DNA from: Podospora anserina
Taxonomy: Eukaryota
Assembly (NCBI GenBank): GCA_017654855.1
Contig: CM030334.1
Location: 806,001 to 870,000 of the forward strand
Reading direction: 5' to 3'
Length of the DNA stretch: 64,000 nucleotides
Part shown: in pieces, positions 36,929 through 50,380 of the stretch
Layout of the letters: each line of letters begins with the position of its first letter
Numbering within the stretch: the stretch's first letter is position 1
The notes under the pieces: model-generated
The model's input: the letters and a program-made list of their open reading frames with translations, nothing else
Told to the model about the DNA's origin: nothing
Databases searched by the model: none
Position numbers and translations under genes: made by a program

Positions 36929-38268
36929 CTTGAACGTGTGGCTGTGGAAGAAAAAGGCGGGAAAAAAAAGGTTGGGGCAGCAGCGAGCTGAGGGATAACC
37001 AGGTAGGGACCCTATGCGCCTAACAGAGGGGCAGAAAAGTCGACGTCGTCTCGCGGAGGGGAGGGGGCGTCGCGGCGGGGGGTGGGAGTCAATTGATGCC
37101 GGGCGGAAGGCAGATCAGAGCGAGAGGAGATGCAGGAGAAGGGAGGTGAAATCCGGACCCGGATCGGACGTTGATGATGGTGGTGGTGGTGATGCACAAG
37201 CTGGGGCCAGTTTTTTTACGTGGGATTTCCTCAACTTCGTTGGGAAGCTTAGCTCGCGCGTTCACCAAAACGGGACGGGCTGTCTAGGCGGACCCGCATG
37301 TCAGTCAGCAGTCAATCGCACTAGGCCTTTTTGGTCCACGGGGGTCCGATAAACGCCACGCATTGGCACAGCATTCGCGAGATTCAGAGCATTGTTTGAC
37401 ATCTTTTTTTCCCGCAACCTAATCAGCTCAACTACCCTCGGGGAGTTCTCGGTCAGAATTAGACAGCTTGACCTTGTTTACTTTTTAATGGGGGTTTCCA
37501 GACATATATAGAGCCCAACATCCACCCATTTCCATTTGATCATATCGGACACTTGAATCTCACTTGACCCCGATCATCAGCCACACTTTATCTCCGTGAG
37601 TCTCGGTTGAGTCGGGATTCCATCTCCAGCTTCACAGTCGGGTGGGGTGCCGCTGGAATCTCCTTGTTCGATGAGGTGAACAGTGGATATCTGCTGCAAA
37701 AGGCTGCTGGGAGGCCCTGGGGGCGACAAGGCCACAGAGAAGTGCACGGGGCACGCTGCTCACCAGCTGGCGGTGCGGCGCCGTCCGCTTCCTGAGCCTT
37801 GGGCTGGTGTCGCAGGGGACGGGAGGCAGCTCCACATGCTGCGCGATGGTTTGCTGTCATCTTTTGCCTACAGTCCACCTCTACACAGTAAGGGACGGAG
37901 AGTAACAGCATACCGGTACCTGGGACCTAGCAGCAAAGCATACGCAACGCTCGCAGGCAGCACTTCCAACTTTAATAAGCTACCATCCATATTCTTCTTC
38001 CGCCAGAATCAAATTGCATTGTCCAACTCGTCTGAAGATCTCGCTGAGCGAACCTGAAGCCTTCAATCCCACCAAATCTCGAGGGCCGCGTCCCCCTCCC
38101 CCCTGACAAAGACGACATTGAAACCAACGGCTGCATCCGCACTTATTCACCCAAAAAAAGTATCCGGCTTCGTCGATAAACAACCTCGAACCCTCCCTCG
38201 GCCGATTCCCATGCGCTAGCATCCCTCTGCGAATGGGCATCGTCTCCTAGAGCTACGCCTAACGCGCC

Positions 38269-41200
38269 ATGAGCTCTTTCGCATTTGTGGTGTCCGCCTT
38301 GGACAGAATCGCCCAACATGCCGGCCGCAACAAGCAACTGACCGAGCTTGCCGAAAAGGCACTTGCTGCCCTCAAAGAGAACGACCAGGACCTCCCGGAC
38401 CCCGAAGTTGTCTTTGCGCCCCTGCAACTGGCCACCAAAACAGGCACCGTCCCTCTCACGACAACCGCGCTCGACTGCATTGGCAAGCTCATCTCGTATT
38501 CCTACTTCACAGCGCCCTCCGCCCGCGCCCCATCACAAGATGGCTCCGAACAGGCGCCGCTCATTGAGCGTGCCATTGATACAATCTGCGATTGCTTCCA
38601 GGGAGAGGGAACCCCGGGCGAGATCCAGGTGCAGATTGTCAAGTCTCTGCTTGCGGCGGTGCTCAACGACAAGATCATTGTGCACGGCGCAGGGCTGTTG
38701 AAGGCGGTGCGACAGGTCTACAATATCTTCTTGCTCTCCAGGATTACCTCCAACCAGCAAATTGCCCAGGGGACGCTCACACAAATGGTTGGCACTGTCT
38801 TTGAGAGAGTCAAGACCCGGATACACATGAGAGAGGCACGGGCACAACTGGGACAAAAGCCCAGCCACAGCAGCCTGACCATTGATCGATCAGACGACCA
38901 GGACACACAGACGGAGAAGGGCGATAACGATGAGGGAGCCACACCGCTGGACGAAAAGAGCGAGGCTGGCGCGAAGCTCACGCTCAAGGATCTTGAACAC
39001 CGCAAGAGTTTCGACGACTCTCACATGGGCGACGGGCCTACCATGGTGTCCCAGGTCAAGCCGGCAAAGAAATCAACAAGATCAGTTTCGGAGCAGAGTT
39101 TGGCAGAGGCGGCGCACGAGGACACGCCCGAGGCGCTGGATGCCGAGGACGAGGCCTACATCAGGGATGCCTACCTCATCTTCCGATCCTTCTGCAACCT
39201 GTCCACCAAGGTCCTGACCCCAGAACAGCTCTACGACATGCGCGGTCAAGGAATGCGCTCCAAACTGATCTCTCTCCATATTGTTCACACGTTGCTGAAT
39301 AACAACATCGGCGTCTTTACCTCTCCGTTCTGTACCATCACCAACACAAAGAGCAACGAGCCCACGAGCTTCTTACAGGCCATTAAATACTACCTTTGTC
39401 TCAGTATCACCCGCAACGGCGCAAGCTCTGTGGATAGGGTGTTTGATGTGTGCTGTGAGATTTTCTGGCTCATGATCAAGTACCTCCGAGCTCCCTTCAA
39501 GGTTAGTACCCTGCCTATACCAACCTCCTCTGCTGTGCAACTCTGACCTGGTATTCGGCTGTAGAAAGAGATTGAGGTATTCCTTAATGAAATTTATCTT
39601 GCTCTCCTGGCCCGGAAGAACGCCCCTCTTTCTCAAAAGCTCGCCTTTGTTGGCATCCTGAGGAGGTTGTGTGATGACCCTCGGGCCTTGGTGGAAATGT
39701 ACCTCAACTATGACTGTGACAGAAATGTGGACAACATTCTCCAAAGGATAGTGGAGGACCTGTCCAAGTTCGCAACAGCCACGATACCGATAACGCCGAT
39801 GCAAGAACAGCAATATGAGGACAACCATGCTAAGAACGGGGCTGGCGAGTGGCAGCTCAAGAGTGTCTTACCCCCTCCCCTTACTGCCGCCATGATCACA
39901 AACCCACACGATACGGATGGCGATGTTCCCAAGGAATATGCGATCAAGCGAGTGGCCATTGACTCGTTGGTTGAAACGTTGCGGTCACTGCTTCATTGGT
40001 CAGAGCCTGGCCGACCTGAGCTCAATGGTGGCGGTGGGGAGGTAGAAAGAAGAGCGTCCAGCGATGAGATCAGGGAATCGATTGATCCCTCCATGAGCGA
40101 GAACGTACCCCGCATCGACACACCAATCCCGCCATCGACCCCGGTGATTGACGACGACCCAGACCAGCTGGAGAAGGAAAAGGCAAGAAAGACTGCGTTG
40201 AGCAACGCCATCAAGATCTTCAATTATAAGCCCAAAAATGGCATCAAGCTTCTGCTCAGGGATGGCTTCATCCCAAGCGACAAGCCTGAAGACATCGCCC
40301 AGTTCTTGCTGCGCGAGGATAGGCTGGACAAGGCGCAAATCGGAGAATACCTGGGAGAAGGCGACCAAAAGAACATCGACATCATGCACGCCTTTGTTGA
40401 CCTGATGGATTTCCGAAAGAAGCGCTTCGTCGAGGCTCTGAGGGAGTTTTTGCAGTCTTTCCGTCTGCCTGGTGAAGCCCAGAAGATTGATCGCTTCATG
40501 TTGAAGTTTGCCAACAGATACATGACCGGCAACCCCAATGCTTTTGCCAACGCCGACACTCCTTACGTGCTTGCTTACTCGGTCATCATGCTAAATACCG
40601 ATTTGCACAGCTCCCAAGTCGTCAAGCGGATGACCAAGGCTGACTTTATCAAAAACAATCGGGGTATCAACGACAATGCTGATTTGCCGGACGAGTATCT
40701 CTTGGGCATCTACGACGACATCCAAAGCAACGAGATCGTTTTGAAGAGTGAGCGAGAAGCCGCAGCCCTTGCAGGTACTCTTCCTGCGCAGTCGACCGGT
40801 ATCGCGGCTGGATTCGGCCAGGCCTTCTCGAATGTTGGGAGAGACCTGCAGCGCGAGGCGTACGTCCAGCAGTCGGAGGAGATTGCGCTGCGCTCAGAAC
40901 AGCTATTCAGGGACCTCTACCGCAGCCAGCGGAAGAATGCCTCCAAGGCTGGCACAAAGTTCATCCCAGCAACGTCTTTCAAGCATGTTGGGCCAATCTT
41001 TGATGTCACTTGGATGTCCTTCTTCTCTGCTCTTTCCGGCTTGATGCAGGGGACACACAATCTTACTGTCAACAAGCTGTGCTTGGAAGGCATGAAGCTG
41101 GCCACCAGGATCGCTTGTTTCTTTGATCTGGCCACTCCCCGGGAGGCCTTCATCTCGGTGCTCAAGAATATCGCCAATCTCAACAATCCACAAGAGATGC

Positions 41201-43893
41201 AGGCCAAGAACGTTGAGGCTCTCAAGGTCATCTTGGAGCTTGGCCAGACAGAAGGAAACCGGCTCAGGGAGTCCTGGAAGGATGTTCTGCTCTGTATCAG
41301 CCAACTTGATCGGCTGCAGCTCATCTCTGGTGGCGTGGACGAAAGTGCTGTTCCAGACGTTTCCAAGGCACGATTTGTCCCACAACCAGCTGGACGACCA
41401 GACACGGCCGACTCTCGAAAGTCTACATCCTCTTCCAAGAAGAACAGGCCACGAGCCCACACCGGCCCACAAGGAGTATCGCTCGAGATTGCACTCGAAA
41501 GCCGATCTGATGAGGTGATCAAGAGCGTCGACAGGATATTTACAAACAGCGCCAACCTGTCGAGAGAAGCCATCGTTCACTTTGCCCGCGCCTTGACCGA
41601 AGTCAGCTGGGATGAGATCAGAGTGTCTGGGTCAAATGAGTCTCCTCGCACTTATAGTCTGCAAAAGATTGTAGAGATTAGTTCTTACAACATGACGCGT
41701 GTCAGGTTTGAGTGGACTCACATTTGGGACGTTCTTGGTGAACACTTCAACCGAGTAGGATGCCACGCCAACTACACGATTGTCGTTTTTGCCCTGGATG
41801 CTCTCCGTCAGCTTTCGATGCGTTTCATGGATATCGAGGAACTTGCTGGTTTCAAGTTCCAAAAAGACTTCCTCAAGCCCTTTGAGCACGTCATGTCCAA
41901 CTCAAGCGACAACAGAGTCAAGGACATGATCCTTCACTGCCTGGTTCAAATGATCCAGGCTCGGGGAGAGAACATCCGCTCCGGTTGGAGGACGATGTTT
42001 GGGGTCTTTACCGTGGCCGCAAGGGACCCATCAGAGAATATTGTCAACCTCGCCTACGAGCACGTCATTCAGGTCTACAAGACCAGGTTTGGCGTCATCA
42101 TTTCTCAGGGCGCCTTCACCGATCTTATTGTATGCTTGACGGAATTCTCCAAGAACATGAAGTTCCAGAAGAAGAGTCTCCAGGCAATGGAGACGCTCAA
42201 GTCAATCATTCCGGCCATGCTCAGGGCGCCTGAATGCCCGCTCTCTCACAGGACTAAGAAGGTCGAGTCCGATGCTTTGGTCATGGAACAGCAGAGAGGA
42301 ACCTCGGTCGAGGAAGGGTTCTGGTTCCCGGTCCTGTTTGCTTTCCATGATGTCTTGATGACAGGTGAAGACCTCGAGGTCCGGTCCAATGCATTGAACT
42401 ACTTTTTTGAATCGCTTCTGCGGTATGGTGGGGACTTCCCCTCGGAGTTTTGGGATATTCTTTGGAGACAGCAGCTTTATCCCATTTTTATGGTTCTCCG
42501 CTCGAGGCCAGAGATGACCAATGCGCTCAACCACGAGGAGCTGTCGGTGTGGCTCTCAACAACCATGATCCAAGCCCTTCGCAACATGATCACGCTCTTC
42601 ACTCACTACTTTGACGCCCTCGAGTACATGTTGGACCGGTTTTTGGAGCTCCTGGCTCTCTGCATTTGCCAGGAGAACGACACCATTGCTCGAATTGGCA
42701 GCAACTGTCTGCAGCAGCTCATTCTCCAGAACGTCACCAAGTTCACTCCCGAGCACTGGTCCAAGATCGTCGGTGCCTTTTGCGAGCTGTTTGAGAGGAC
42801 GACAGCATACCAGCTCTTTTCCGCCACCACCATCAACTCAACCGCTTCGTTGTCGCCACCTCCCAACGGGCTGGACTTTGGTGCTGCCCTGAGCCCAACC
42901 TCGGAGGCTCACCCAGTCGACGAGAAGTCTCTCAAGATCAACGGCACAGAGTCCAACGGCCACGTTTCCGACACCGAAGTGCCACCCATCGTGGTGGAAA
43001 GCAGCCCAGAAACAGACGCCTCACCCGCCTCCGCCAACCCCTCGGCCATGGCAGCCACCCCAATCACCCCCCAACTGGAAGAATTCAAGCCCACCAACAC
43101 GCTCCAGCAGCAGCCGGTAGTCGTCACAGCCGCCCGGCGCAAGTTTTTTAACCGTATCATCTCCCGCTGCGTCCTCCAGCTCCTCATGATTGAAACGGTC
43201 AACGAGCTCTTCTCCAACGACGCCGTCTACGCGCAGATTCCCTCCGCCGAACTCTTGCGCCTGATGGCCCTCCTCAAGAAATCCTTCCTCTTCGCCAAGC
43301 GCTTCAACGCGGATAAGGAGCTGCGGATGAGGCTCTGGAGGGAAGGGTTCATGAAGCAGCCTCCCAACCTGCTCAAGCAAGAATCCGGCAGCGCGGCAAC
43401 ATACGTGGCGATTTTGTTTAGGATGTTTGGGGACAAGTCGCCTCAGCGACAGGACAGCAAGGGGGATGTGGAGGCTGCGCTTGTACCGCTTTGCCAGGAT
43501 ATTATACGGGGGTATATCACGCTGGATGAGGAGTCTCAGCACAGGAACATTGTGGCGTGGAGGCCGGTGGTGGTGGATGTGCTGGAGGGGTTTGCCGGGT
43601 TCCCGGAGGAGAGTTTCAAGGAGCATATCAAGAACTTTTACCCCTTGGTTGTGGAGTTGTTGGGGAAGGAGTTGGGGAGTGAGCTGAGGGGGGCGTTGCT
43701 TGGGGTTTTGAGACGGGTGGGGGAGGTTGGGTTGGGGATTGAGAATATGGGGCTTTGTACTGCTGGGTTGAATGGGGAGGGTGGGCAAGTGGGGGGACAC
43801 CATGGGAGGAGTCATAGTGTTTTTAGTGTGCAGGCTGGTCATCAGGGGGATGGGGGGGAGGATCCGTCTAGTAGGTTTATGGGACGGGGGTGA
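38269..43893 (+). CDS. SEC7: Large Arf guanine-nucleotide exchange factor, Sec7/BIG family; 2 exons (intron 39502-39564)
   Basis: DCB region ALDCIGKLISY, HUS box YLNYDCD, Sec7 domain FRLPGEAQKIDRFM and IMLNTDLHS, followed by HDS domains. The intron joins RAPFK|KEIEVFLNE in frame. Confidence 0.97.
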
Positions 43894-44253
43894 GGTGTTT
43901 GTAATGAGAGGTTGGGTGATCAAAAAAGATGTTCTTGATAGGGGTGGTTTCAGTATAGATTCTAGAGCACAAGCTTTAGCTTTTGGGTGGTGGGATTTAC
44001 AAAGACGTTTCATTTCTTTTATTTTATTTTTGGCTTTTTTTTTCTAGCATAGGATGTGTGTGTGTATTACATATATTTTACTTGCCGTTTCACATTAAAG
44101 TTTAGTGGTTAAGCTTTCTGTAGCACCAAAATCTTTTCTTGTTTCTTTTCTGCATCGTACATATTTTGTTATTGTAGCACAGAAAGCAGCTGGCATTGTA
44201 CATGAATCAAAACTCTGTGGCCTGCTTAAATTCCATCACCAAGAAGCAACATA

Positions 44254-45441
44254 TCAACGCAACGGCACCTCCGCAACCGGAGGCATAACAACCCTCAACC
44301 ACGCCCTCAAGTCATCCGCCTCCTCCGCCACCGTCCGATCCGGCAACGTGTCCAGCGCACCCCTGAGCATATCATCATGCGGCACCGCATCCCTCAGCAA
44401 ACCCTTGACAATCGCCTCCTTGACAGCCGAATACTCGGTTATCCGCATCAAACTGACAAACGCCTCGAAAAAGTCCACCAGGTTGAGGTGCATCAGCGCG
44501 TCCCTGTTGTCAACCATCCTCAACGCTGCGTACTGCAGCAACCCCTCTCCTTGCTGGGGAGGGTTAGTGGCCGCATTTTCATTTCTTGTTGTGCCGTTGA
44601 TTTCCATGTCGGAGTCATCATCCGTTAGATGGCCATTGGTGAGGTGGATGGGTGTTGGGGCCAGGATGTTAGATGAAGCGATGGCGTCAATGTTCAAGGC
44701 TGCCAAGCGGGGTAGGATACGGAGGGTCCTCCCTTGGGCGAGGGAGAGCTGGGAGGTGTTGTTTGCTGTTCCTGGATGGCGGCCTGAGATGAGGTCGAGG
44801 AGGAGGTTGTAGGTGGATGGTTGGTGGAAGATGAGTTTCCAGAGTTCACCCTTGCCGGGGACGCGGCGGAGGACGAGTTCGTGATGAGAAGGGGTGGTTC
44901 CGGTGGTGATTGCTGGGGGTGCTGGGGGTGGTGGGGGTGGTGGACGGGGGCAGTCGATGTCTAGGAGGTCTCCTAGGACTTTGGAGGCTTTTTGGCCGAC
45001 TTCTACTTTTGGGGAGGAGAGCCAGGCTGTGAGGAGGGAGGTGACGAGGGAGGGCATGACGGAGAGGATGGCGGCATCGGTGGGGGTTTTGGCGGCTTTG
45101 TGGAGGATGGTCAGGCCTAGGAGTTGGGCTGCTGGGGCGGGGGAGGTGAGGGCTTGGTTGAGGGAGTCTTCGGAGGCGAGCTGGAGGACTTGGGTGAAGG
45201 ATATAGGGCGGAGGAGCTTGATGGTCAGGGAGACGATCACGGCTGGGTCGTCGTTGTATTGTTGGAGGATTTGAGTGAGCTTGGGGAGGAGTGAGGGGAT
45301 GAGAGGCGGGATGTTGGAGTCTGTGAGCTGAAGCTCAACATCATCGAAGAGCTTGGGGATGATGGCGAGGTTTGGATCTTGAATGAGGTCGTCAAGATGG
45401 TTGTTGAGCTCGTCGAGCCCAGAGATGGGGACGTTATCCAT
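44254..45441 (-). CDS. Helical-repeat protein, probable Hsm3-like proteasome assembly chaperone
   Basis: 395-aa intronless Leu-rich ORF (LFDDVELQL, SLAQGRTLRILP, DALMHLNLVDFF) resembling filamentous-fungal proteins annotated as HSM3 N-terminal domain. The family assignment is from memory. Confidence 0.65.
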   Translation of the reverse strand: MDNVPISGLDELNNHLDDLIQDPNLAIIPKLFDDVELQLTDSNIPPLIPSLLPKLTQILQQYNDDPAVIVSLTIKLLRPISFTQVLQLASEDSLNQALTSPAPAAQLLGLTILHKAAKTPTDAAILSVMPSLVTSLLTAWLSSPKVEVGQKASKVLGDLLDIDCPRPPPPPPPAPPAITTGTTPSHHELVLRRVPGKGELWKLIFHQPSTYNLLLDLISGRHPGTANNTSQLSLAQGRTLRILPRLAALNIDAIASSNILAPTPIHLTNGHLTDDDSDMEINGTTRNENAATNPPQQGEGLLQYAALRMVDNRDALMHLNLVDFFEAFVSLMRITEYSAVKEAIVKGLLRDAVPHDDMLRGALDTLPDRTVAEEADDLRAWLRVVMPPVAEVPLR

Positions 45442-45752
45442 TGTGATGGGTGTGTGAACTTGCGGGTGAAGAGAGTGATTATTGCTGAGCTGTGAGTGAC
45501 AAAAATGAGGCTATGAGACGACAAGGTGGTGATGATCAAGGCAGCACTTATGATGACCAAGCTGAGTGGAGGGGTCCAGGCCTTCTGGTATTGAAGGTGC
45601 GGGGCGCTGGGAGATTCCATGCAGGGGGTCATATTTTAGTGGATCTCGGGTGGTACCTGACACCCACCCAGGTGTCTTGGCGAGGCCTGCAGCTTGTCGA
45701 TGCCCCGCAGGAACTTTTTTGAAGCTCAATGTTGGCGCTGGACATGCGACCG

Positions 45753-45780
45753 ACTCACTCACTCACTCACTCACTCACTC
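45753..45780. repeat. (ACTC)7 microsatellite in the divergent promoter region
   Basis: Perfect 28-nt tetranucleotide run. Confidence 0.92.
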
Positions 45781-45914
45781 GGCCAACCCATTCATCAACC
45801 CAACAATACCCATTAATTCGCTTATTATACAGCCTCAGACAACAGCAGCGATTACCAGCCCGAAACCACACTCTTTAACCCCCCCAAAGCCACTCTCACA
45901 ACACCAATCCCAAC

Positions 45915-46846
45915 ATGTTCAGAGGCGGGCGAGGAGGTCGTGGCCGTGGCCGCGGCGGTCCCATGATGGGCAACAGGCGCGAGATCGCACAAAACAGCGT
46001 TCCATGGGCCATTGACCCAAAAGACGGCATCTTCATCGACGGAAAACCCAGTGATACCTACCCAGTATGTTCCACACCTCGTCCCTCCTCACCTGGATGG
46101 TGTGTCACCCAAAAAAAAAAAACTAACCTTGTAACCCCCTCCAGGTCTGGAACGTCCCAAAACCACCAACCCTCACCAAAAAAGAAGAGAAACAGCTCGA
46201 CTACTTCCTCATCTTCCGCGAGCAAGCCCACGACAGCCCTCTCTACACAGAACCCCCTCCGCGATCAAAAGACTCGCGGAAGCGCGCCTACGGCCAGGCC
46301 CAGATCAACTCCCGCTACGCCGACGAGAGCAAAGCGACGATAGACCCCTTCACAGCCATCGAGACGTACAGCAAGCGGTTCGAGCGCAAGAAGCGCACCC
46401 TCCCCGATTTCAGCAACCTCCCTTTTGCCAAGGAGTTCTTCCCAACCGAGCTACACGCGACATTGGACGGTCTTGACGATCCGAGTGCCGATAGAAAGAG
46501 GCGCAGGACAGGGCCCAAGAAGTTGGCCGTGTCCAACATTACGAGCTACGGTGCGGGGGATTTGGATGAGGATGGTGACGAGGTCAATGGGGAGCCGGAC
46601 TTCCGTAAGGCTCTGGAGCTGCTCGATAATGTCGAGAAGCTGGATGGAGAGGATGCGTTCTTGTCGGGCGAGGAGGATGAATGGGGTAATGAAGATGAGG
46701 ATAATGAGGATGCGGCGGATGCCGAGGCTGCGGATCAGTACGAGGACGAGTCGGAAGATGATTACAACGCGGAGCAGTACTTTGAGAATGACGATGATGA
46801 TTATGGGGATGACGGGGGCGATGATGGTGGCGAGGGTGTGTTTTAG
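45915..46846 (+). CDS. RPC31: RNA polymerase III subunit Rpc31 (RPC7); 2 exons (intron 46065-46144)
   Basis: RGG-rich N-terminus, FREQAHDSPLYT, DPFTAIETYSKRF, FFPTELHATL and a highly acidic tail ending DYNAEQYFENDDDD. Exons of 150 and 702 nt are in frame. Confidence 0.88.
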
Positions 46847-47295
46847 GCTGGAGGTTTGTGGGTGAGTCTGGGATGAGGGAGGGGGGACTGGTTTGTTGGT
46901 TTTAGGGCGAATGGGAACATTAGGAGTAGGTCATGGTTATCAAAATTATACCCGGTTCTTGTTTCACAGTTTTGACTCGATGCATTTGTGATGCGGAGGA
47001 GATCTCAGAGGAGATATCATGAAAATCTCTGCCATCTTCATCTGATATACTACTATTAATGGAGCAAAATCGCGGTTTCCTGTTTGATATAGCAAATTGA
47101 TGATAATACAGTCAGATAACCTAACCACCACACATCCACAACTCACATACACCCTTTTTCGGCAACAAAAGCTTTTTTATCTTTGTACAAGAATATTGCT
47201 TTCCCCAAATAGAGTATCTTAACTAATAAACCACCGTAACGCCTGCCCCCTTTCCTATGCTCTTACAACCCTTCCCCCTGCCAAAAACTCCAGAT

Positions 47296-48858
47296 CTAAC
47301 TCCCATGCCCCATAAAATCCTTAAGCTGCAGCTCCGTAATCCCCTCCTTCAACCCCCCAACCTTGCCAGCCACCTTGAGAATGCCCTCCTCGAATTCCCT
47401 AAGAACCGCCGCCAGCTCGAGCACATTCTCATCCACCCCGTTCTGCCCAGGGCGGTTCCCAGCCGCGGCCCTCTGCAGCGCCTCCATCATGTTGCCCTGC
47501 ACGCCGTGAAGATGAACCTCGATCTCGCCCAGGTTCTTCTCAAACCTATTCATCATCGTGTCCATCTCATCCGCCGTCTTGCTGAAGAACGTGATCAAAT
47601 CCGAGTTACTCTCCGCATTGGCGTCGCCCGCTCCGGTAGATCCCCCCTTTGACCACAGCCCCGTCTGGTGGTACTGGACCGGAAGCTTGAGGTTGTCGAT
47701 AGCCTTAAAGGACAGCCTCGCGTTATCGGCGTCGGTCTTAATCAGCTCGTGGAGCTGGTTAATGGCGTCAATGTCGCTTTCTAGGGCGCGGTGGGCGCCC
47801 TCGGACTTGCGGCTGACGAAGCTGACGTCGGTGGGGATGGCAGAGAGAAGTTCGCCGTGGGAGGGCAAGAAAGCTTCCACGGCTTCGTAATCCCGGATGC
47901 ATTTCTGGATCCTATCATCAATGTCGGCGATTTCTTTCTGGAGGGTTTCTTGGAGGTCGTTGAAGCGGGTGGTGGAGCGGATGTTGGACAGGTCGATGCG
48001 GACGCCTGGGACGACGGATTGCTTGGCTGTCTGGCCCATGGTGAGGCCGGGGGCCTGTTGCTGGGCTGGTTGTTGCATCGTTGACTGGCCGAGGCTGCCG
48101 CCGCCGCTGGGGGGAGAGGTGTTAGTACATCTTCATGACTGAGGCGTAGGCTGGGGAGGAGGACTTACAAAAGTGAGGTGGCTGCGGGAGCATCTGGCTT
48201 GGTTCCAAACATACTGGTACCTGTGGTGGTAGATGTGCCTCCAAAAAGGCCTCCTTGCTGCTGCTGAGGTTGCTGTGGTGTCGCGCCAAAGAGACCACCA
48301 GATTGCTGAGGCTGGGTCTGCTGCGTCGTCGCTCCTCCAAACAGGCTCATGGTCTGAGGCTGTTGCGCAGTCGTCGCGGTGCCACCGCCAAAGAGACCAC
48401 CAGTTTGTTGCTGCTGTTGAGGTTGAGCTGGCTGTGTTGTGCCTAGCTTGTTCCCAAATAGACCTCCGGTCTGAGCCTGTGGTGTTGTCGTTGTTTGACC
48501 AAGAAGACCTCCGCTCTGCTGAGGCTGCGAAGTTGCTGTCGTGCCGAACAGGGAGCCGGTTGGCTGCTGTGGTTGAGTCGTCGTCGTGCTGGTACCGCCA
48601 AACAGAGATGTCCCTTGCTGGGCGGGCTGGGTCGTGGTTGTTGATCCAAAAAGTCCACCGCCTGCCGCGGGAGTTTGCTGTGTCGTGCCGCTGCCGCTAT
48701 GTGGGAACGAGTCAGTCTATCTGCATGTCTCGGCCGGGCAGCAATGCGCCCTGCAGTATGTAGTCGCAAACAAAGGAAGGGAGGAGAACCTACAAAAGAT
48801 TGGCGCCACCCGTGTTGATGCTGAGGCCCCCGGGGCCACTAGCTGATCTCCCAAACAT
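47296..48858 (-). CDS. NUP49: FG-repeat nucleoporin Nup49; 3 exons (introns 48697-48793, 48107-48168)
   Basis: Start MFGRSASGPGGLSINTGG, many GGLFG/SLFG repeats with Q/T spacers, and C-terminal coiled coil VRIDLSNIRSTTRFNDL... Confidence 0.87.
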
Positions 48859-49270
48859 GGCGACGACGGTTTCAACGATGGCAGCGATTGGATAATGGCT
48901 GGAATGTAGACTGTCGAGTTGGGTGGATCGAACTGCTCAGGAAGGAATGAATGTCGACTCGGTGGGCGTGTGTTTAATGTTTCTTCTGCCCCACGAAAAT
49001 AGAGAGCTCCAAAGGTCGGGTCGTCGCAAGTTGGTTGACCGTTGCACTGTGCGACTGTTGACCTCTGCCGCCGCGCAGCAACCAAAAAAAAGAAGCTTGG
49101 GCCCCGTCGCGCTTGAGCCGCGCCAGAAGCTCCATTCGCGCCTCACCGCCTGCCTAAAAAGGTGTACCTCACCGGCCCATTAGCTAATGCTCCAAACAAC
49201 CTTCTTTGGCCATCTCATGTTTCTGCTTCTTTGACAAAACTGCGACTTTGCTGAACACAACCTACCCAAC

Positions 49271-50380
49271 ATGTCTTCATCACAGCCCCCCATGGATATC
49301 GACGAGGACGAGGACTTTTATGGTGACTCCGATCAGGAGGCCACCCCCGCGACCACCACCACTGCCCAACCTGCTGCGACTGCTACTGCTCCCCCAGCCG
49401 CCCCCAAGAACGACAGCAACTCCGATCTAGAGGAAGGCGAAGAGGAAGACGAAGGCGGCGAGATGGACGAGGACGAGGATAGTGTTTGTACACCTTACAT
49501 CTTCAGGCTCGGTCCCCAATTGCTAACATTTCCTTCCAGGACATCGACATTATCACCGAGAGAAAAGACAACTTCCAGCCCGCCCCTCCACCGTGAGTTC
49601 TACCTCCTACCCACCGCTTGCGCCAAAACTGACAATCATCCCAGACAATCCAAATACAGCGAGATCCGAAATATTCCCCAACGATCAACAACCGCCCCCG
49701 AAGGCGCCCCCCCAAAACAATCCCCCTCCGTCCCCCGCGAGGAGCCCCGCCAGCAACAACAAACCGAGCTACCCCCGGTGTCAACCTCCAAGATCGATGT
49801 CAACGCCATCCCGATCCACAAGCCCACCGGCAAGCCCCTCACACAAGTAAACATCGACGAAGACCTCCCAGACAACGACAAGCCCTGGCGCAAACCGGGC
49901 ACCGATCTGTCGGATTACTTCAACTACGGCTTTGACGAGTTCACCTGGGCTCTCTATGCCCAAAAGCAGGAGGCCATGCGGGGGGAGTATAACCAGGATG
50001 CTATCGCTCAGAACAACACAAAGATGATGGAGGAGATGACCAAGATGATGATGATGGGCGGCATGATACCTGGTGCTGGTGGGCCAGGCGGACCGGGGAT
50101 GGGTGTTCCTGGCGGTGGTCCTCAAATGCAGGGGATGGATGGTATGGCACCAGAGATGCAGGCGATGATGCAGCAGATGATGGCGAGTGGGATGGATCCG
50201 AGCCAGATGGGCGATATGAGTGGCATGTTCCAGGGTGGGCAGCAACCTGGTGGTCCTGGTGGGCAGCAAGGTCAAGGAGGGTTTGGTCAGGGTGGGTTTG
50301 GGGGGAATCAAGGGCAGGGTTATGGATATGACCAGCAGATGGGTGGTGGGAGAGGGAGGGGAAGAAGGGGGAGGTGGTAA
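49271..50380 (+). CDS. FIP1: Polyadenylation factor Fip1; 3 exons (introns 49484-49539, 49593-49644)
   Basis: Acidic N-terminus, spliced DS|DIDIITE, Fip1 motif [23 protein letters not shown] and RGG tail. Confidence 0.95.
   Translation: MSSSQPPMDIDEDEDFYGDSDQEATPATTTTAQPAATATAPPAAPKNDSNSDLEEGEEEDEGGEMDEDEDSVCTPYIFRLGPQLLTFPSRTSTLSPREKTTSSPPLHREFYLLPTACAKTDNHPRQSKYSEIRNIPQRSTTAPEGAPPKQSPSVPREEPRQQQQTELPPVSTSKIDVNAIPIHKPTGKPLTQVNIDEDLPDNDKPWRKPGTDLSDYFNYGFDEFTWALYAQKQEAMRGEYNQDAIAQNNTKMMEEMTKMMMMGGMIPGAGGPGGPGMGVPGGGPQMQGMDGMAPEMQAMMQQMMASGMDPSQMGDMSGMFQGGQQPGGPGGQQGQGGFGQGGFGGNQGQGYGYDQQMGGGRGRGRRGRW

Noticed and set aside
43021-44013. 330-aa minus-strand Pro/His/Gln-rich ORF
   Set aside because: Antisense to the G-rich SEC7 3' end; a compositional artefact.
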